Position numbers and translations under genes: made by a program. Below the pieces are notes generated by a model. That model did not search any database. It saw nothing but the letters and a program-made list of their open reading frames with translations, and was not told the origin of the DNA. From assembly GCA_965112155.1 (NCBI GenBank), contig OZ218105.1: 64,000 nt of DNA; one strand, written 5' to 3'. Positions within the stretch are counted from its first letter, which is position 1; each line of letters starts with the position of its first letter. Shown here in pieces: positions 25,349-37,900 of this stretch. Source of the stretch: Podarcis liolepis (taxonomy: Eukaryota).

Positions 25349-26065
25349 TTTATATCCATTAGAGGCTCTGATGCCATATCAACTTTAGCTACAACAGCAA
25401 AAACAGGGCACCCTTTACTTTTTATAACACCAGTCTTTCAGACAGAGGCTTACTAGTGATAAGGAAAACCACAGCCATAGAAAACAAAGTTGGTGTCTCA
25501 GGATGAACATTCTGATGGTGTCATTAAAAACACTTTATTCTTATGAATTGTCATCATGACTAGAAATGGAGAAAAGTTGGGAGAAGTTAAACAAGCAAAT
25601 TCTGTTGGGGGGCAGGGAGCTGTTTTTCCATTGTTCCTAATGAGAAAACTAATGCTCAGTTTTTGCAACATATCCCTTCATGTAGCTTCTGAGGTCAAAC
25701 ATAGAATCATAGAATCATCATTTTTTGCTAAATTCCCTTATCCCTCCTCTGCTATCATTTTTAAAGCATCCACTGGAGGAATCAGGATTGAGACAATGGT
25801 TGTTTTAACCCTTTCTGCCTGTGTGATGGCCCCAACAAAAATCCATCCAAGTATTTCCCATGGAGGAAAGCTGCTTTTTACTCTTTTCAGAAGGTGTAGT
25901 ACATCTGATAGTAATAGTCAGGCAGGTGGAAGGTGACAGAGGTCTATAACATATGCATACACTTTTAAGAGAATAGGGTGGTGTTCAACTATGTTTCAGA
26001 GTAGACCCATTGAAAGGAATGAATATGGCTAAGTTAAGTCCATTAATTTCAACGGGTCAGCTTTG

Positions 26066-26189
26066 TGTAGAGTTGTAGAGCTGGTCATCTAGCCCAACCC
26101 CCTGCAATGCAGGAATCTTTTTGCCCAACATGGGGTTGAAACCCATGACCCTGGAAGTAAGAGTTTCATGCTCTACTGACTATGCTTTC
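26066..26189 (-). mobile_element. tRNA-Lys/CR1-tail SINE, second copy
   Basis: Reverse complement of the 44421 element (ggtcatctagcccaacccctgcaatgcaggaatctttttgcccaacatggggttgaaacccatgacc...gagtttcatgctctac). Confidence 0.8.
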
Positions 26190-26759
26190 CCAGCAGATCA
26201 GGAGTTATTGTATTGAAACTCTGTCAAGAAAGGTCAAAGATGGGGTAGTAGTTCTGTAGAAATCAGATCAAAAGAAAAGGGTCTCTCTTTTATGCCAGGG
26301 ATCCCATGACTCAGAAACAGAATGGCTAAGCTTACCAGCAGCATGCTTGTTGAACTGAGACAAATGGGATGAGCAGGTCAGTCTGACGAGCTAATCAGTA
26401 CTCTTCTGATTATGCTTCTAGGACATATGCCACATACTGAAAAAAGTTCATGGATGAGTGCCAACACAGAGAGACCAAGGATGTCCTGTCCTTTCCAGAC
26501 TATTGAACAGAATCTTTAAAAGTACAAGTCACTGCTCCAGTCTTATTTCTGTTTTCCCCTACGCACAGAGTTTTGGAGACAATCACCCAATGCATCTCAG
26601 TTCTGAGAAGCATATGAGAAAGAGCAGCTACTCATTGTTGATTTACCACTGGGCTTCAACCTTGTTTCATCCCCTAGTGATATAATGCTGGCTGCAAATG
26701 GGTAGCATATTTTTTTTATTCTTTGCTCTTATACTTTGTTCCTACTTCAGCCAGGTGCT

Positions 26760-27040
26760 CTTGTGGGAAACTCCATTTCAATTGGGGTTTAGGCCTGGTT
26801 TGGGCACAAAAATTGCTTTAGTTGCCCTGTATGATGACCTCTGCTGGGAAAGAGACAAACGAATTGTATCCCAATTAATTCTCCTCAAACTCTCAGTGGG
26901 TTTCAATACCATCAACCTTGGTATCCTTCTGGAACAGTTGTCTGAGTTCGAGATTAGTGGCACCACTTTGCAATGCTTCCAATCCTACTTGGATGGTTGT
27001 TTCCAGAGGATGATGCTTGGGGAGTGATCTTTGCCCCATG
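26760..27040 (+). mobile_element. L2-clade reverse transcriptase fragment
   Basis: PFQLGFRPGLGTKIALVALYDDL...LILLKLSVGFNTINLGILLEQL...GTTLQCFQSYL corresponds to decayed QSGFR and LLDLSAAFDT motifs. Confidence 0.85.
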
Positions 27041-27243
27041 GAGAGTGTTTCTAGTTGCCAAGCCATGGTCTAGGCATTACATTGCAGCTGAGCCAGTCAG
27101 AAGCTTTACTCAGCTACCCAGCAAGTCCACATCCAATCTGGTATGGTACTTGGTGTAGTAAAAGGCTGTAGATGGAGGAGATGTGGCAGAAATCACCAGT
27201 CCTCCAACATGAATGGAGGAGCAAGTTGGGATCCAAACCAATA

Positions 27244-27501
27244 CAGTGGGACCTTGGTCTACAAACTTAATTTGTTTCGGAAGTCCATTCTTAAACCAAA
27301 GCATTCTTAAACCAAGGAGTTGCTTTTCCATAGCAGCGGAGGACTCAATGGACTTTACAAATGGAACACACTCAACAGGAAGAGAAACATGTTCTGCTTC
27401 AAAGACAAAGTTCACAAACCAAAACACCTATTTCCAGGTTTGCAGCGTTCTTAAACCAAGTTGTTCATAAACAAAGCTGTTCTTAAATCAAGGTACTACT
27501 G
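27244..27501. mobile_element. Tc1/mariner (pogo/Tigger-like) MITE, older related copy
   Basis: TA|CAGTGGGACCTTGGT ... ATCAAGGTACTACTG|TA, with internal ttcttaaaccaa repeats. Confidence 0.8.
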
Positions 27502-28453
27502 TACATGAAGTGGTATGTTTCAGTTTATCCATCATCACTGGCTGTGCTAGTCCTCTATAGGAATCAAATGAACGATCTTGGAGATAATGGAGTTTAGGCA
27601 CCAAGGGAAGACTTCAGCTCTGATCACATGCCTAGCTGAAGAGAGAAAGACTTCTTTGGAAACCAAACAGAGAAATATAATATCTATCACCCCCTTCCAG
27701 CATAATATCAGGAATATAAAAATTAATATTACTTATATCACTGCATAGGTATGACTGATTTTCACACAATATGTTTAGGACTCACCTGTTTGTGGCAAGT
27801 AACAATGATGGTGATTCCTTTAGGGCTGCCATATGTCCGGACATTATAGGGATTTCAAATTCGGAATGGATGTCCGGGAGGAATTTCCAAAAGGTGACGC
27901 TCAACCAGAAAGCTCAACAATCTAAGATTTCTTAGATTAGCATGAAAGAGCCTCCCAAAGAACCTCAAGACAAGGAAGCTTTTGTAAGCTGCAGATGAGC
28001 TGATTCTTTTTGTTTCTTTCAAAGAATCAATGTGCTGCAAATGACCTCTGTTGATAGGTGTTGGCTGCTGGGCTAGTAAAAATATTGATGGGAGGTAGAT
28101 GTGGGTGTATTTTGCAAGGCTGTTTTACAAGCCATTTTCCTGCAGTACGTGTCCTTTTTATGGATCTTTAATTGTGATGTCACTAGCCATGATAAGACAC
28201 AGAATTCTGTTTTCTAACGGTTACATATGAATATCAGAAGCTTATTAACCCTGCTGAGATGCAAACTTAAGGTTAACCCTCCAGTCATGCACAGCATTGA
28301 TAAGGTCCAATGTCTGCATTTCAGTTAATAATTTTTTTGTGCAAATTTTCAGTAACTTTGATGGGACTTCCTTTTTGTTAAAAAGTTAATGGTTACAACT
28401 CTCCCTCCTGCACAAAAGCATCAGCCACTTGCACAATACTTTCAATGAATGAG

Positions 28454-28455
<2 letters not shown>

Positions 28456-28501
<46 letters not shown>

Positions 28502-28539
28502 CCTTATTTATACCCCACCCATCCGGCTGGGTTTCCCCT
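28456..28539 (-). mobile_element. L2 3' tip with expanded (ATT)n tail
   Basis: About 14 TAA units, then ttatttataccccacccatccggctgggtttcccc, the reverse complement of the L2 3' end. Confidence 0.75.
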
Positions 28540-29300
28540 GTACCTTCACTAAGAAGAGGAATGAGATAGGAAAACATGATGGTAATATTGCTTCCACCAC
28601 CACAAAAAGAATAATTTTTAGGTGTGGTTCTTACCTCCCCAACTTCATTGTAAAAATAACCAAAAAAAAATGAAAGCCATATTTCACCTTCAATGTTTTT
28701 TGGGGGAAACCCAGTATTTATTCAGTTTTTACCAGATACTGTTGTTACATTTAATATACAGGTAGTGACCATTTTGGGTGCATTCAGTATGTGCATGACT
28801 GCACACACATGCATCACGGCAAACCTGAAAGTGACCTGAAAACCTCACCAAAAGGGGTGGAACATGGTGGGGGCAGAAGAGAGTATTTGCAGGCTTTCTC
28901 AACAGTGTTTCGAATATATGTGATTTCACTTAAACGCACAGTGCCTTGGAACGTAACCCCACATAATTTGGGAGTTGCCTATACACCAGATCTTCTCCCT
29001 GGTCCAACCACAAAGATCTCTGTGTGGAAAACATGCTTCCATGGGCTCAACCACTGTGGATATGTACATGCATGTCCGGTTGATAATTCTCCAGCATCAG
29101 GATGCTTATCGAGTCTCCATTTACCTGGTTATATGTGGCGGTATTACTTTTTGTAACATTTTATGCAGATGGCATATTCATCTCTGGCTCACTAGTTGCT
29201 CTCTGAGGCCAGCTGCTTGAGCTGGTTCAAAGTTTTGACATTAGTAGTTGTAACTAGAGGTAACTGCTACATTTCCTCAAAAAGGAGTGTACCGTTAAAC

Positions 29301-29432
29301 CAAGAATGGGACACCTCTGGCCCTAGAGATGTTGGACTCCATCCCCCATCAACCGCAGCCAGCATGGCCAACAGTGAGGAGTGGTGGGAGCTCTACCATG
29401 ACATCTGGAGGACAATTTGTATCCTATCCCGG
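29301..29432. mobile_element. ~130-bp hairpin hAT-like MITE (cagatgtt...aacatctgg family)
   Basis: Internal inverted gatgttggact...cccatc / gtgggagct...acatctgg; flanks cgttaaac and ctttaagc. Related decayed copies lie near 8342-8443, 18206-18341, 33297-33423, 37279-37402 and 49075-49181. Confidence 0.65.
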
Positions 29433-29465
29433 CTTTAAGCAATGGTTAGTGTTCAATTATTAGAA

Positions 29466-29596
29466 CAGGGGTGTGGAACAAGTGTCGATCCAGATGTTGC
29501 TGCATTACATCTCCCATAGTTCCTGACTTTTGGCCAAACTGGCTAGGGCTGGTGGAGCCCAACAACATCTGGGGATCCACACATTTCCCGCCCCTA
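29466..29596. mobile_element. Second copy of the ~130-bp hairpin hAT-like MITE
   Basis: caggggtgtggaa...ccagatgttgctg...caacatctgg...tttcccgccccta. Confidence 0.65.
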
Positions 29597-30623
29597 CATT
29601 GCAGCTAAGGAACATGCACAAAGAAGAGCTGTATCAGAGAGCACATGCAGTGACAGTTACATTGGTAAATGCATTGGAAACATGGATACATGTGGGCACA
29701 GTGGTTTTATGAGTTTTCTCATCCTTAGTGCATCAGCAGAAACCAGGTCTTCAAAAAGGCATTGGGGGATTTAGTTTTGGGTCAAAGCAAAAGTGTGAGC
29801 AAAAGGGATTCTCCCAGCCAGAACATAGGAGAAACGCTTATTTCTGCTTTCTGCCGTACTCTTCTGTTTGGAGCTTGCTTTCGAGAGACAGTTGTTTCAT
29901 GAGAACCAGGAAGAAGCTTGGAATTGGTGTCATGCTGGCTGTCATGAGGCAAAGAATTGCATGCATGCTGTTTATTATTACCTCTGCTCTAGGACTTATG
30001 AATCTTGGAAAACAAAGCAGTTATGCTTATAAATTATCTTCAGGCTCTGCTTCATTTACTTCTCTTCCACTAGGAAATTGACCTATAAAACAGAGCCATG
30101 CATCCTGACCTGAGAAAGATGGGACCTGGTGAGCATATTCAAACTCAGCCTCCCAAGCATGCTGGAGGATGTCCAATAATCTCACAGGCCTTTCCTGCTG
30201 AATTGGCAACCTCTCTCCTGTTGGTTATCTTCAGAGGACATCTAAGAGAGGGAAAGGAGGAGTGCTTCTTGGAAGTGACTAACTCTCTGTAATGTGAGTG
30301 GACTCCCTCTTTTCAGAACATGCATTGTAAATGAATGGCTGCAGAAAATGTGCTTGGAGCATCAAAACGTTTGATAATCATAACTCAGCAGCTTGCCTAA
30401 AGTCTAGCTCCTGCACCTGGCTCCTCCCTTTCTGCCCTTGGACTGTGAGAAGACTTGGGGCAAAGAGCATACTGCTAGGCAAGCCCACCTCCCTAACAAT
30501 TGCTAGCACTCAGAGATGTCAATAAATGTGAGCAGGGAGAACTCTATTTACCTAATCATAAATTGGGCTTTGGGAGGAATATGCTATCCCAGAGTAACGC
30601 CAGGTGTCAGACAGGGTAGAAGT

Positions 30624-30756
30624 CAGTGCTTTTTTTCTAGAAAAATAGGTGCTTGGAGTTGTTACAGTAAGTGTCACACTTTTTAACAACAACAAAAAAG
30701 AGAGATGCCGGTACTGTGTGCCCTTGAGTACCCCCTGAAAAGAAAAAAAAGCACTG
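30624..30756. mobile_element. hAT MITE with perfect 8-bp TSD
   Basis: GTAGAAGT|CAGTGCTTTTTTT ... AAAAAAAAGCACTG|GTAGAAGT. Confidence 0.9.
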
Positions 30757-30826
30757 GTAGAAGTATATGGGATGGAGGGATAGATAGATAGAGACTTGAT
30801 ATGGTAGCACAAACTATAATAAGTGT

Positions 30827-31032
30827 CAGTTACAGATAGGTAGCCGTGTTGGTCTGCCATAGTCAAAACAAAAAAAATTCCTTCCAGTAGCACCTTAAAG
30901 ACCAACTAAGTTAGTTCTTGGTATGAGCTTTCGTGTGCAAGCACACTTCAAGAAGTGTGCTTGCACACGAAAGCTCATACCAAGAACTAACTTAGTTGGT
31001 CTTTAAGGTGCTACTGGAAGGAATTTTTTTGT
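30827..31032. mobile_element. Penelope-like element (PLE)-derived fold-back insertion with 12-bp TSD
   Basis: TATAATAAGTGT flanks both sides (30815-30826 and 31033-31044). Arms 30871-30949 and 30952-31030 form a perfect inverted repeat. The motifs gtagccgtgttggtctg, agtagcaccttaaagaccaac and gcacacgaaagctcatacc resemble reptile PLE pseudo-LTR sequence as I recall it. Confidence 0.8.
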
Positions 31033-31570
31033 TATAATAAGTGTGTATTTTGTGCTGTGAATCCCACATTTTGTGCCATGCCCAATTTTAGCAGTTGGCA
31101 CAGCAAACCAAGGTTACAAGTTAACACCCCCAAAGCCAACATTGCCTGATCTCCTCCAAACTGATGCCAAGGTTTTGGGCTCATATGGTGCCATTCTGTT
31201 CCATGAACCCCACATTTTGTGTTGCCCCCCCAATAAGTAGTTGATACTCAAACCCTCCCAAACCTCCCAAACATTGTTTGATTCACTCCAAAACAGAGCC
31301 AAATTTTTGGAGTACTGTAGTTTTGTACCATTTTGTGCCATGAGCCCTGCATTTTGTTCCACCATCCAAACTGAGTAATTGATATAGCAAACTGGGGTTA
31401 GAAATTAACACCCCAAAAAAACCAATCCCACAGCACAAAAGAAAAGTTTGGCATCTGTTTGGAGGTGATTCAAAATTTCGGGTGTTACACATTAATGAAG
31501 TAAGGCACATCAAATTGCCAGGGGAAAGCCCTCTGCACCAAAGGAACTTCATTTTCACTCTCTACTCTCA

Positions 31571-31614
<44 letters not shown>
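31571..31614. repeat. (TCTG)n(TC)n compound microsatellite
   Basis: Seen directly in sequence. Confidence 0.9.
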
Positions 31615-31657
31615 CTTTGCTCTTTCTCCATCTCTTTTGTTAATTTCTGTCTCTCTA

Positions 31658-31901
31658 CAGTGGTACCTCGGGTTAAGTACTTAATTCATTCTGGAGGTCA
31701 GTTCTTAACCTGAAACTGTTCTTAACCTGAAGCACCACTTTAGCTAATGGGGCCTCCTGCTGCTGTCGCACGACATCCTAACATCATTTCTGTTCTCATC
31801 CTGAAGCAAAGTTCTTAACCCGAGGTACTATTTCTGGGTTAGCGGAGTCTGTAACCTGAAGCATATGTAACCTGAAGCGTATGTAACCTGAGGTACCACT
31901 G
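31658..31901. mobile_element. Tc1/mariner (pogo/Tigger-like) non-autonomous MITE
   Basis: TA|CAGTGGTACCTCGGGTTA ... TAACCTGAGGTACCACTG|TA, with internal taacctgaa repeats. Confidence 0.9.
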
Positions 31902-34900
31902 TATTCGCAAACTTCCCCACTCACCTCATACAACATTCTTGCAGGTGAACAGTCCATTTAGGGGATCATACACAGAGAAACATTGCTATTATTTTGTCAA
32001 ATTCCAGACTCTGAACAGGCCTCACTCCAAGGTGAAATCATACTGATAGACCCATTTGCAGGAATCAGCAGTAAACAATGGTCCCTCTCATATGAGCATT
32101 CATTCTCATTTGTTTGCACAGTTTGTGGGGAGTTAAATGGCACTGGCTATGTACTGAGCATTCTTTTCTCTCTTTTTTGTGGGAAGGTTAGATAACATTG
32201 CATCAGATAAGTGCATTTTCTTGTAGTAAAAAGTTCTAATTTGGGGGCAGGGACAGATTTGGTGTGCAAAAGTGCCAAATCAACTTCAGCTGCACAGCCT
32301 AAATTTGCCAGTAAGTGACTGAATCTCAACCAAAAATAGAGACAATCTGGAAGTGCTCTAAGTCAAATTCCACTGAAAATGTACAGGATTAATTTGACCT
32401 AATGTGATTAGGACTGGAATAGTAATAACCATTTGATCAACATGGCATTTCACTTTTTTTTTCTTTGCAAAAAAGAAAGATCCACACTGCTGGAAATTCT
32501 GAGCTGCATCCTTTCCAGTCTCTTTCTCATTGTCATGCTTTGTGTAACTAGCTTAGCTGATTTGACACCCACTGCACAAAAGGTTGTCCCTTCTGTTCTA
32601 TCTATCTTGGATGGTATCAAGAAGAGAGTGAAAAAGCAGCACAGCTGGTAAGACAGTGATCCCAAAAATATACAAAGGCGTACCAGAGGGAATAGTCATC
32701 AACATAAAGTGAACAAGCACCCAGACTATTGATTACATGCTGCTCACAGAACACTGGGCATTTCTGCCAACTTCTTTCCACTCGTACACTGCGCTACAGA
32801 CAGCATGTTGTACTTTGCATCATCAGTTTTGATGAATAATGCACTGATAAACACTGCAGCCAATATTCTGTTTGAGCTGAGAAGCCAGATGTCATCTGGA
32901 CCTCCAATAGTTTTAACCCTGGGCCAGAGACAGACAGTGAAATAAACACTAGACTGCTCTGCAGAATGGGTAATTCCTAAATGCAAGATTATGTACAATA
33001 TTATTGTGGACTAGAAAGCATATGGGAAATTAAGATCCATTGTAACTTGTTTCCCTGTAAATGAGTAAAGAGAGGCAGATAGGCTGCTGGAACATAAATC
33101 TACCTAAATAGATGGCTAAGTCTGATCCTCATTACTATCCCTCTCCCGTCGCATCCAATTTTGACAGGGTAAGAATGCATTTTAAATCTTTTAATTTTAT
33201 GAGAATTAATATGTGGGATAAGAAAGGAGGCCTCGCTTAGGCCTAAATGATGGGATTCAACTCTGAAGAATGGAAGTGTGACACCTCAGTGTAAACCAGC
33301 ATCCCTATCCCTTCAGATGTTTTCGACTACATCTGTCATCAGCCTCAGCAAGCATGGCCAGTAGTCAGGGATGATGGGAATTGTATTCCGAAACATCTGG
33401 ACAGCATCAGGTTGGGGAAAACAGAGATAAAATACTGATGGACCATCTCCACTAGTCTTCTGCAATTCCCTCTGTACTTGATGTACCTCTCCTACTTGAA
33501 TTTCAAAGCATAGGGAAATATCTCTGAATTTAGGGAGGAGAAAGTATGGAACAGCAGTAGTTGAAGGAGAATGCCACTTGGCTGAGGGGAAATTAAAAGA
33601 GGCACAAAGGGATCACAATCCACATTCAGAACATATGGGTCCTAGGCTGGAAAGTGGTAAATAATGGGGTGGGGGCCATCTGTAGCAGGATAAAAGCAAC
33701 AACATAATCTTGGTACTCCTTGATAGTGCTTATCAGGAAAGAAGACCCCTGCCAGATAGAAAGGAAGCTTAAATTGGTTCAAGAAATTGAATTAAAGCTA
33801 ATAAATAAATTGTTTAAATCAAAAGCAAACAAAAAGACTGCAGTACTCTCAGTCAAGGGATTCCATGACAAATTAGAATTCCAAACATTGTTCAAGGAAG
33901 GTTTCTTAAATTTAAAAGGCCCAGTGACCCTACTGAAGTCTACTTGGGTCTAATAAATCAAAGAAATTGCTCAGAAATGGTTAACCTGCATGAAAATATG
34001 ACCCCCTTAATGCTGCAAAGAGCAGTGAGCTCCCTTATGGTTTGCTCAGCCAGTATGGTATGTGAAATTTAAAAGAGAACATATTAGCTTAAAATTATGA
34101 CATTTCAAAAGTGAAATGTGTAGAAAAGCTATCTTCCTCTTGAAGGACAATTCCACTTTGCATTGTAATGATGGACCAAGTTAACTGATGATTCCACTCA
34201 GTACTAAAGAGGCCCAAACTTCACACACTAGTCCCTGATTGTATGATTGCATTCACTTTAGGGAATGATTCTGTCCTGGACCTGGCCATATCATAGAAAC
34301 ACTATAGTTCCTCTGACCCAGGTTTGCCACCAATGGAAGTAAAAGAAGTAGTAAGGTCCTGGGAATCACACACAAACTGTTTTCCAGATATGTCCAGTTT
34401 GCATACCACTTTTATCCCTTTGTCTGTACAAAGGTGTACTCCCTACTGAAATCAATGAGACAGCCTTAGCAATTGGAACCTAGGCTGCACAGCAAATTGT
34501 AGGATCCGTGCTCTTGTTTGCTTGCCACAAAAAGGGGGAAGAAGAAAGGCAACAGTGCAAAGTCAAAGAGAGAGGAAACAGCAAACTTTCACCAAGAGTA
34601 ATGAATTGTCCCAACACCTTTCAAGTCATATAACCTTTTCTGGGGTAACATGTTTTAACAGTGTCCAAGGAAGTCTTATAAACTGTGCCGTGGTTACTTG
34701 TTTATTTCTTTGGCAAAATTTTGGAAGGAAGCAAATGTGACATCCCTCTTTACAGATGGGAAAGCGAGGCACAATGCAATTAGGTATGCCCCACATCATG
34801 GCTGTTTCATCCGTACAATCAGAGGAACAAGTTTGCTCCTTGTTATTATCAGAGGAGGGATGGGCTTCTGCAGGAACTGATGAATTAAGACTTGTGGCCT

Positions 34901-37900
34901 TTAAGCCCTAATTGCTCTCCTAAATTCAGAGAGAAAGAGAACAGACAAGTGGAATGGGAGCTGAAGCAAAACATCCAAGGTCATTCAGGTAATCTGTCAC
35001 GAAGCAAGGAAGCTTAGCATGCAAAAGTCAGAATCAGACTTCTCCTCTGCTGCATTTGAGGGGAGCTCCTCCTCATTAAACCCTCCTTTCCCAATGTCCT
35101 ATTGGTCCTGGCTGCCATGCTTTGCTTAGCTGAGCAGTATCTTCAAATGTGCTTCCACTGTGAAACTAACAGTGGGGAAACAAGCAGCAAGTAACTCAAG
35201 GTTCATAACATTGCTCCTGCATTTGATTAACTGAAAAACCAATAAAAGCAGAGCACGGGAGCAGAGCACCCTTTAAAATGGCGTAAAACAATTAGGGAGA
35301 AAATGGCATAGGCCAGGGAATGCCGAAGACAAAATGGTAGGTGAAAAAAACCCACCAACTTATATAAATAAGGAATAAGCTGTGAAGAGATACAGGAGCA
35401 GTGACTATAGTGGAATTTCAATTACCCTGACACTGATGGGTATAGCAGCAATAGAGTCATTAGAAACTGGATGCATGTTCCTAAATGTAATACAGGGCTA
35501 TTTCTTCTGTTTGAAGAGCAATCAACAGGACCAGGGGCTATTCTGGACTTAGTCCAAGGAAATGAAAGTAGGTGAAATGAATAGCATGACGCTAATAAAC
35601 CCTTAGGGCTATGTTATCATAATATCACCAGATTGGAAACACTTCTGAGAATATTTGTGTGAGAGTGGTTATCAAAGTACAACACTGCAAGTGGAATGAG
35701 TTGGGGGAAAGTTGATTGGAATCAACTGTTTGTGGACCATAATGGGGGGAGGGAATGTTTGCATTAGTTAAAAAATGGAGAGCCTGACACTTCTATTTTC
35801 TTTTGCTTTAATCAAAGCTGAAATGATCAGAAAGAGAAACCAGTGCCGTCCCAGAAAGACGTGATAAAGGTATCAAAACATTTTCCTTATTCAAAAGGAC
35901 AAATGCCCTCGAGACACACAAACAGAGAGAGATTTGGCAGGCTTAAAAATGAATAAGGGAACATTATGAGAATACCAGCAGCGAACAATATGCACTGAAT
36001 ATTCCAATCAAAACTGATGCCAAGTTCTAAGGTATATGTGTGCAGTGTAAAAGGCAGGGAGAGACAGAGAGGAAGCAAATTGTGAAAAAGACATAAACAG
36101 TACAAAGAAAATGATTCTCTTCACAAATTAATGGGGCAACTATCAAGCCTTTAATCATACCAATAGTCCCAATGAATTCACTGGGCTAGAGCAATGAATA
36201 CTCATCTCACCAAAAGGTTGAGGTACTTTAAGAAACAGAAAAGGAAAAAAAGGAGGGGAGGGTCACAGATTGATGCACAATGCCATGGAGGGGGGAATGT
36301 TTCCATGCTGCTCCAATGATTTTGGTTTAATGATCAGACTTCTTAAACTTTAAGTTGTTCAGGAAAAGGGAAAGAGAAAAGTTGCTTCTCCACATCAGAC
36401 AAAGGGATGGCTGCCAAGGCAGGACATCTTGTGGTGGACAGAAAGGCTGTGATGTAGACAGTGGGACTTTGCTGCTGCTTCAGGAGGGAGTCATATGCCT
36501 TGGCTGATATTTGCTGCCAACTGCAACACACTCACTAACCAAAAGGCTGGGGGAGGGGTGAAGGAAAGCTAAGCATGCTTGACTAACCAGTAGATCATAC
36601 TCTCCCCCCCCCCTCAGCAATGTGCTATCTAGCTGGAAGGCTTGCAATGCTCTGCTGAGTATTAGGAAGAAAATTCTGTCCTGTTGTATGTTTGTGTTTC
36701 CTCAGCTTCTTCACTGAGCAGCTTATGGCTTCAGCAGTGAAATCTGGGTCCAGACTTTCCCAATAGTTCACAAAATGTTTGACATTCCGCTAAAAACTAT
36801 TAGTTACATGTGCTGGCCTCATAATTCAGAATCAACTTCTAAATATCCCCAGGAGCTAAATCAATAATTTGCTTAAGAAAGAATGGCTGATTCTGGCTTA
36901 ACATAGTATACTTTTCTCTCAGGGCCCGATTCTCCGAAAGTTACATGGGCATTGAATTCTGATATAATGTTTCCATGTATATGGACTTGACGTTTATCCT
37001 GTGAACAGAAACCAATGTGGTATCAGAAGAGGTAAGACTTCATTTTCACATTTTGATTCAGATACGAAAAGGAGCACCAGACCTTACTGTGGTTTTTTTG
37101 TTGTTTTACGTAGTTTTTAAACATTGTTTCCAAAAATGTGTATAGCAAAACAATTCCCATAGACTTCCACACAAACTTCAAGAAACATTCCATGCATCTA
37201 CAGTGTAAATGATATGGATTCCACTGCATTGACTGAGGCTGATTCATAATGATTAGGGATAGAGACCCATGCATTTCCAATGTGGCCTTCTGCTTTCACT
37301 TTTTCACTTTTTAAACTGCAATCCCCTCAGCTGACATGACCTATGGCCAGGTATGGTCAGAGGTGTATCCAATATCTAGAGGGCTATGTGTTTGCTACCC
37401 TGGGTTACTTACTAAAGTGTCAAACCACATTGGTGCAGGAGATGTGAACATGGAGTTAGGACTAGAAATAAATTCTGCTTCTTAACCTCTGGGGCTGACT
37501 TGGCCATTTTAGTCTATCATGCTAACCTCTATCTTTCTATATGGCCATCAATGTCGGTGGGATAGCAGCAAAGGGAATACTATGCATGAGAAATGGGTGC
37601 AGGCATGGAAGAAAGCTGCATCAGAATTTCACAGCCTTCTGGCAAGGTTCATGCTGTTTTGCAGAAGCAATCAAGCAAAGCAAGCTAACAAAAACTAGTC
37701 AGTTGCTGGGGGAGATCTGTGTGGTGATAACCGCAGCTTCAGGGTGGATATGACATTGTATTGCCAACCGCAGTGAGTGAGCTGAACATTTAGACTAGAA
37801 ACTTTTTGTTTATTTATTGCATTTATTCATTGCTTTTCTACAAAAAAAGTCCTTCAGTGACTTACAAATATATGAAATACCAAAGAGCTTGTGAATCTTT

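Noticed and set aside
30871-31030. miRNA gene or intact ribozyme
   Set aside because: A perfect stem with a TSD indicates a TE insertion, the hammerhead CUGANGA core is incomplete, and there is no expression evidence.
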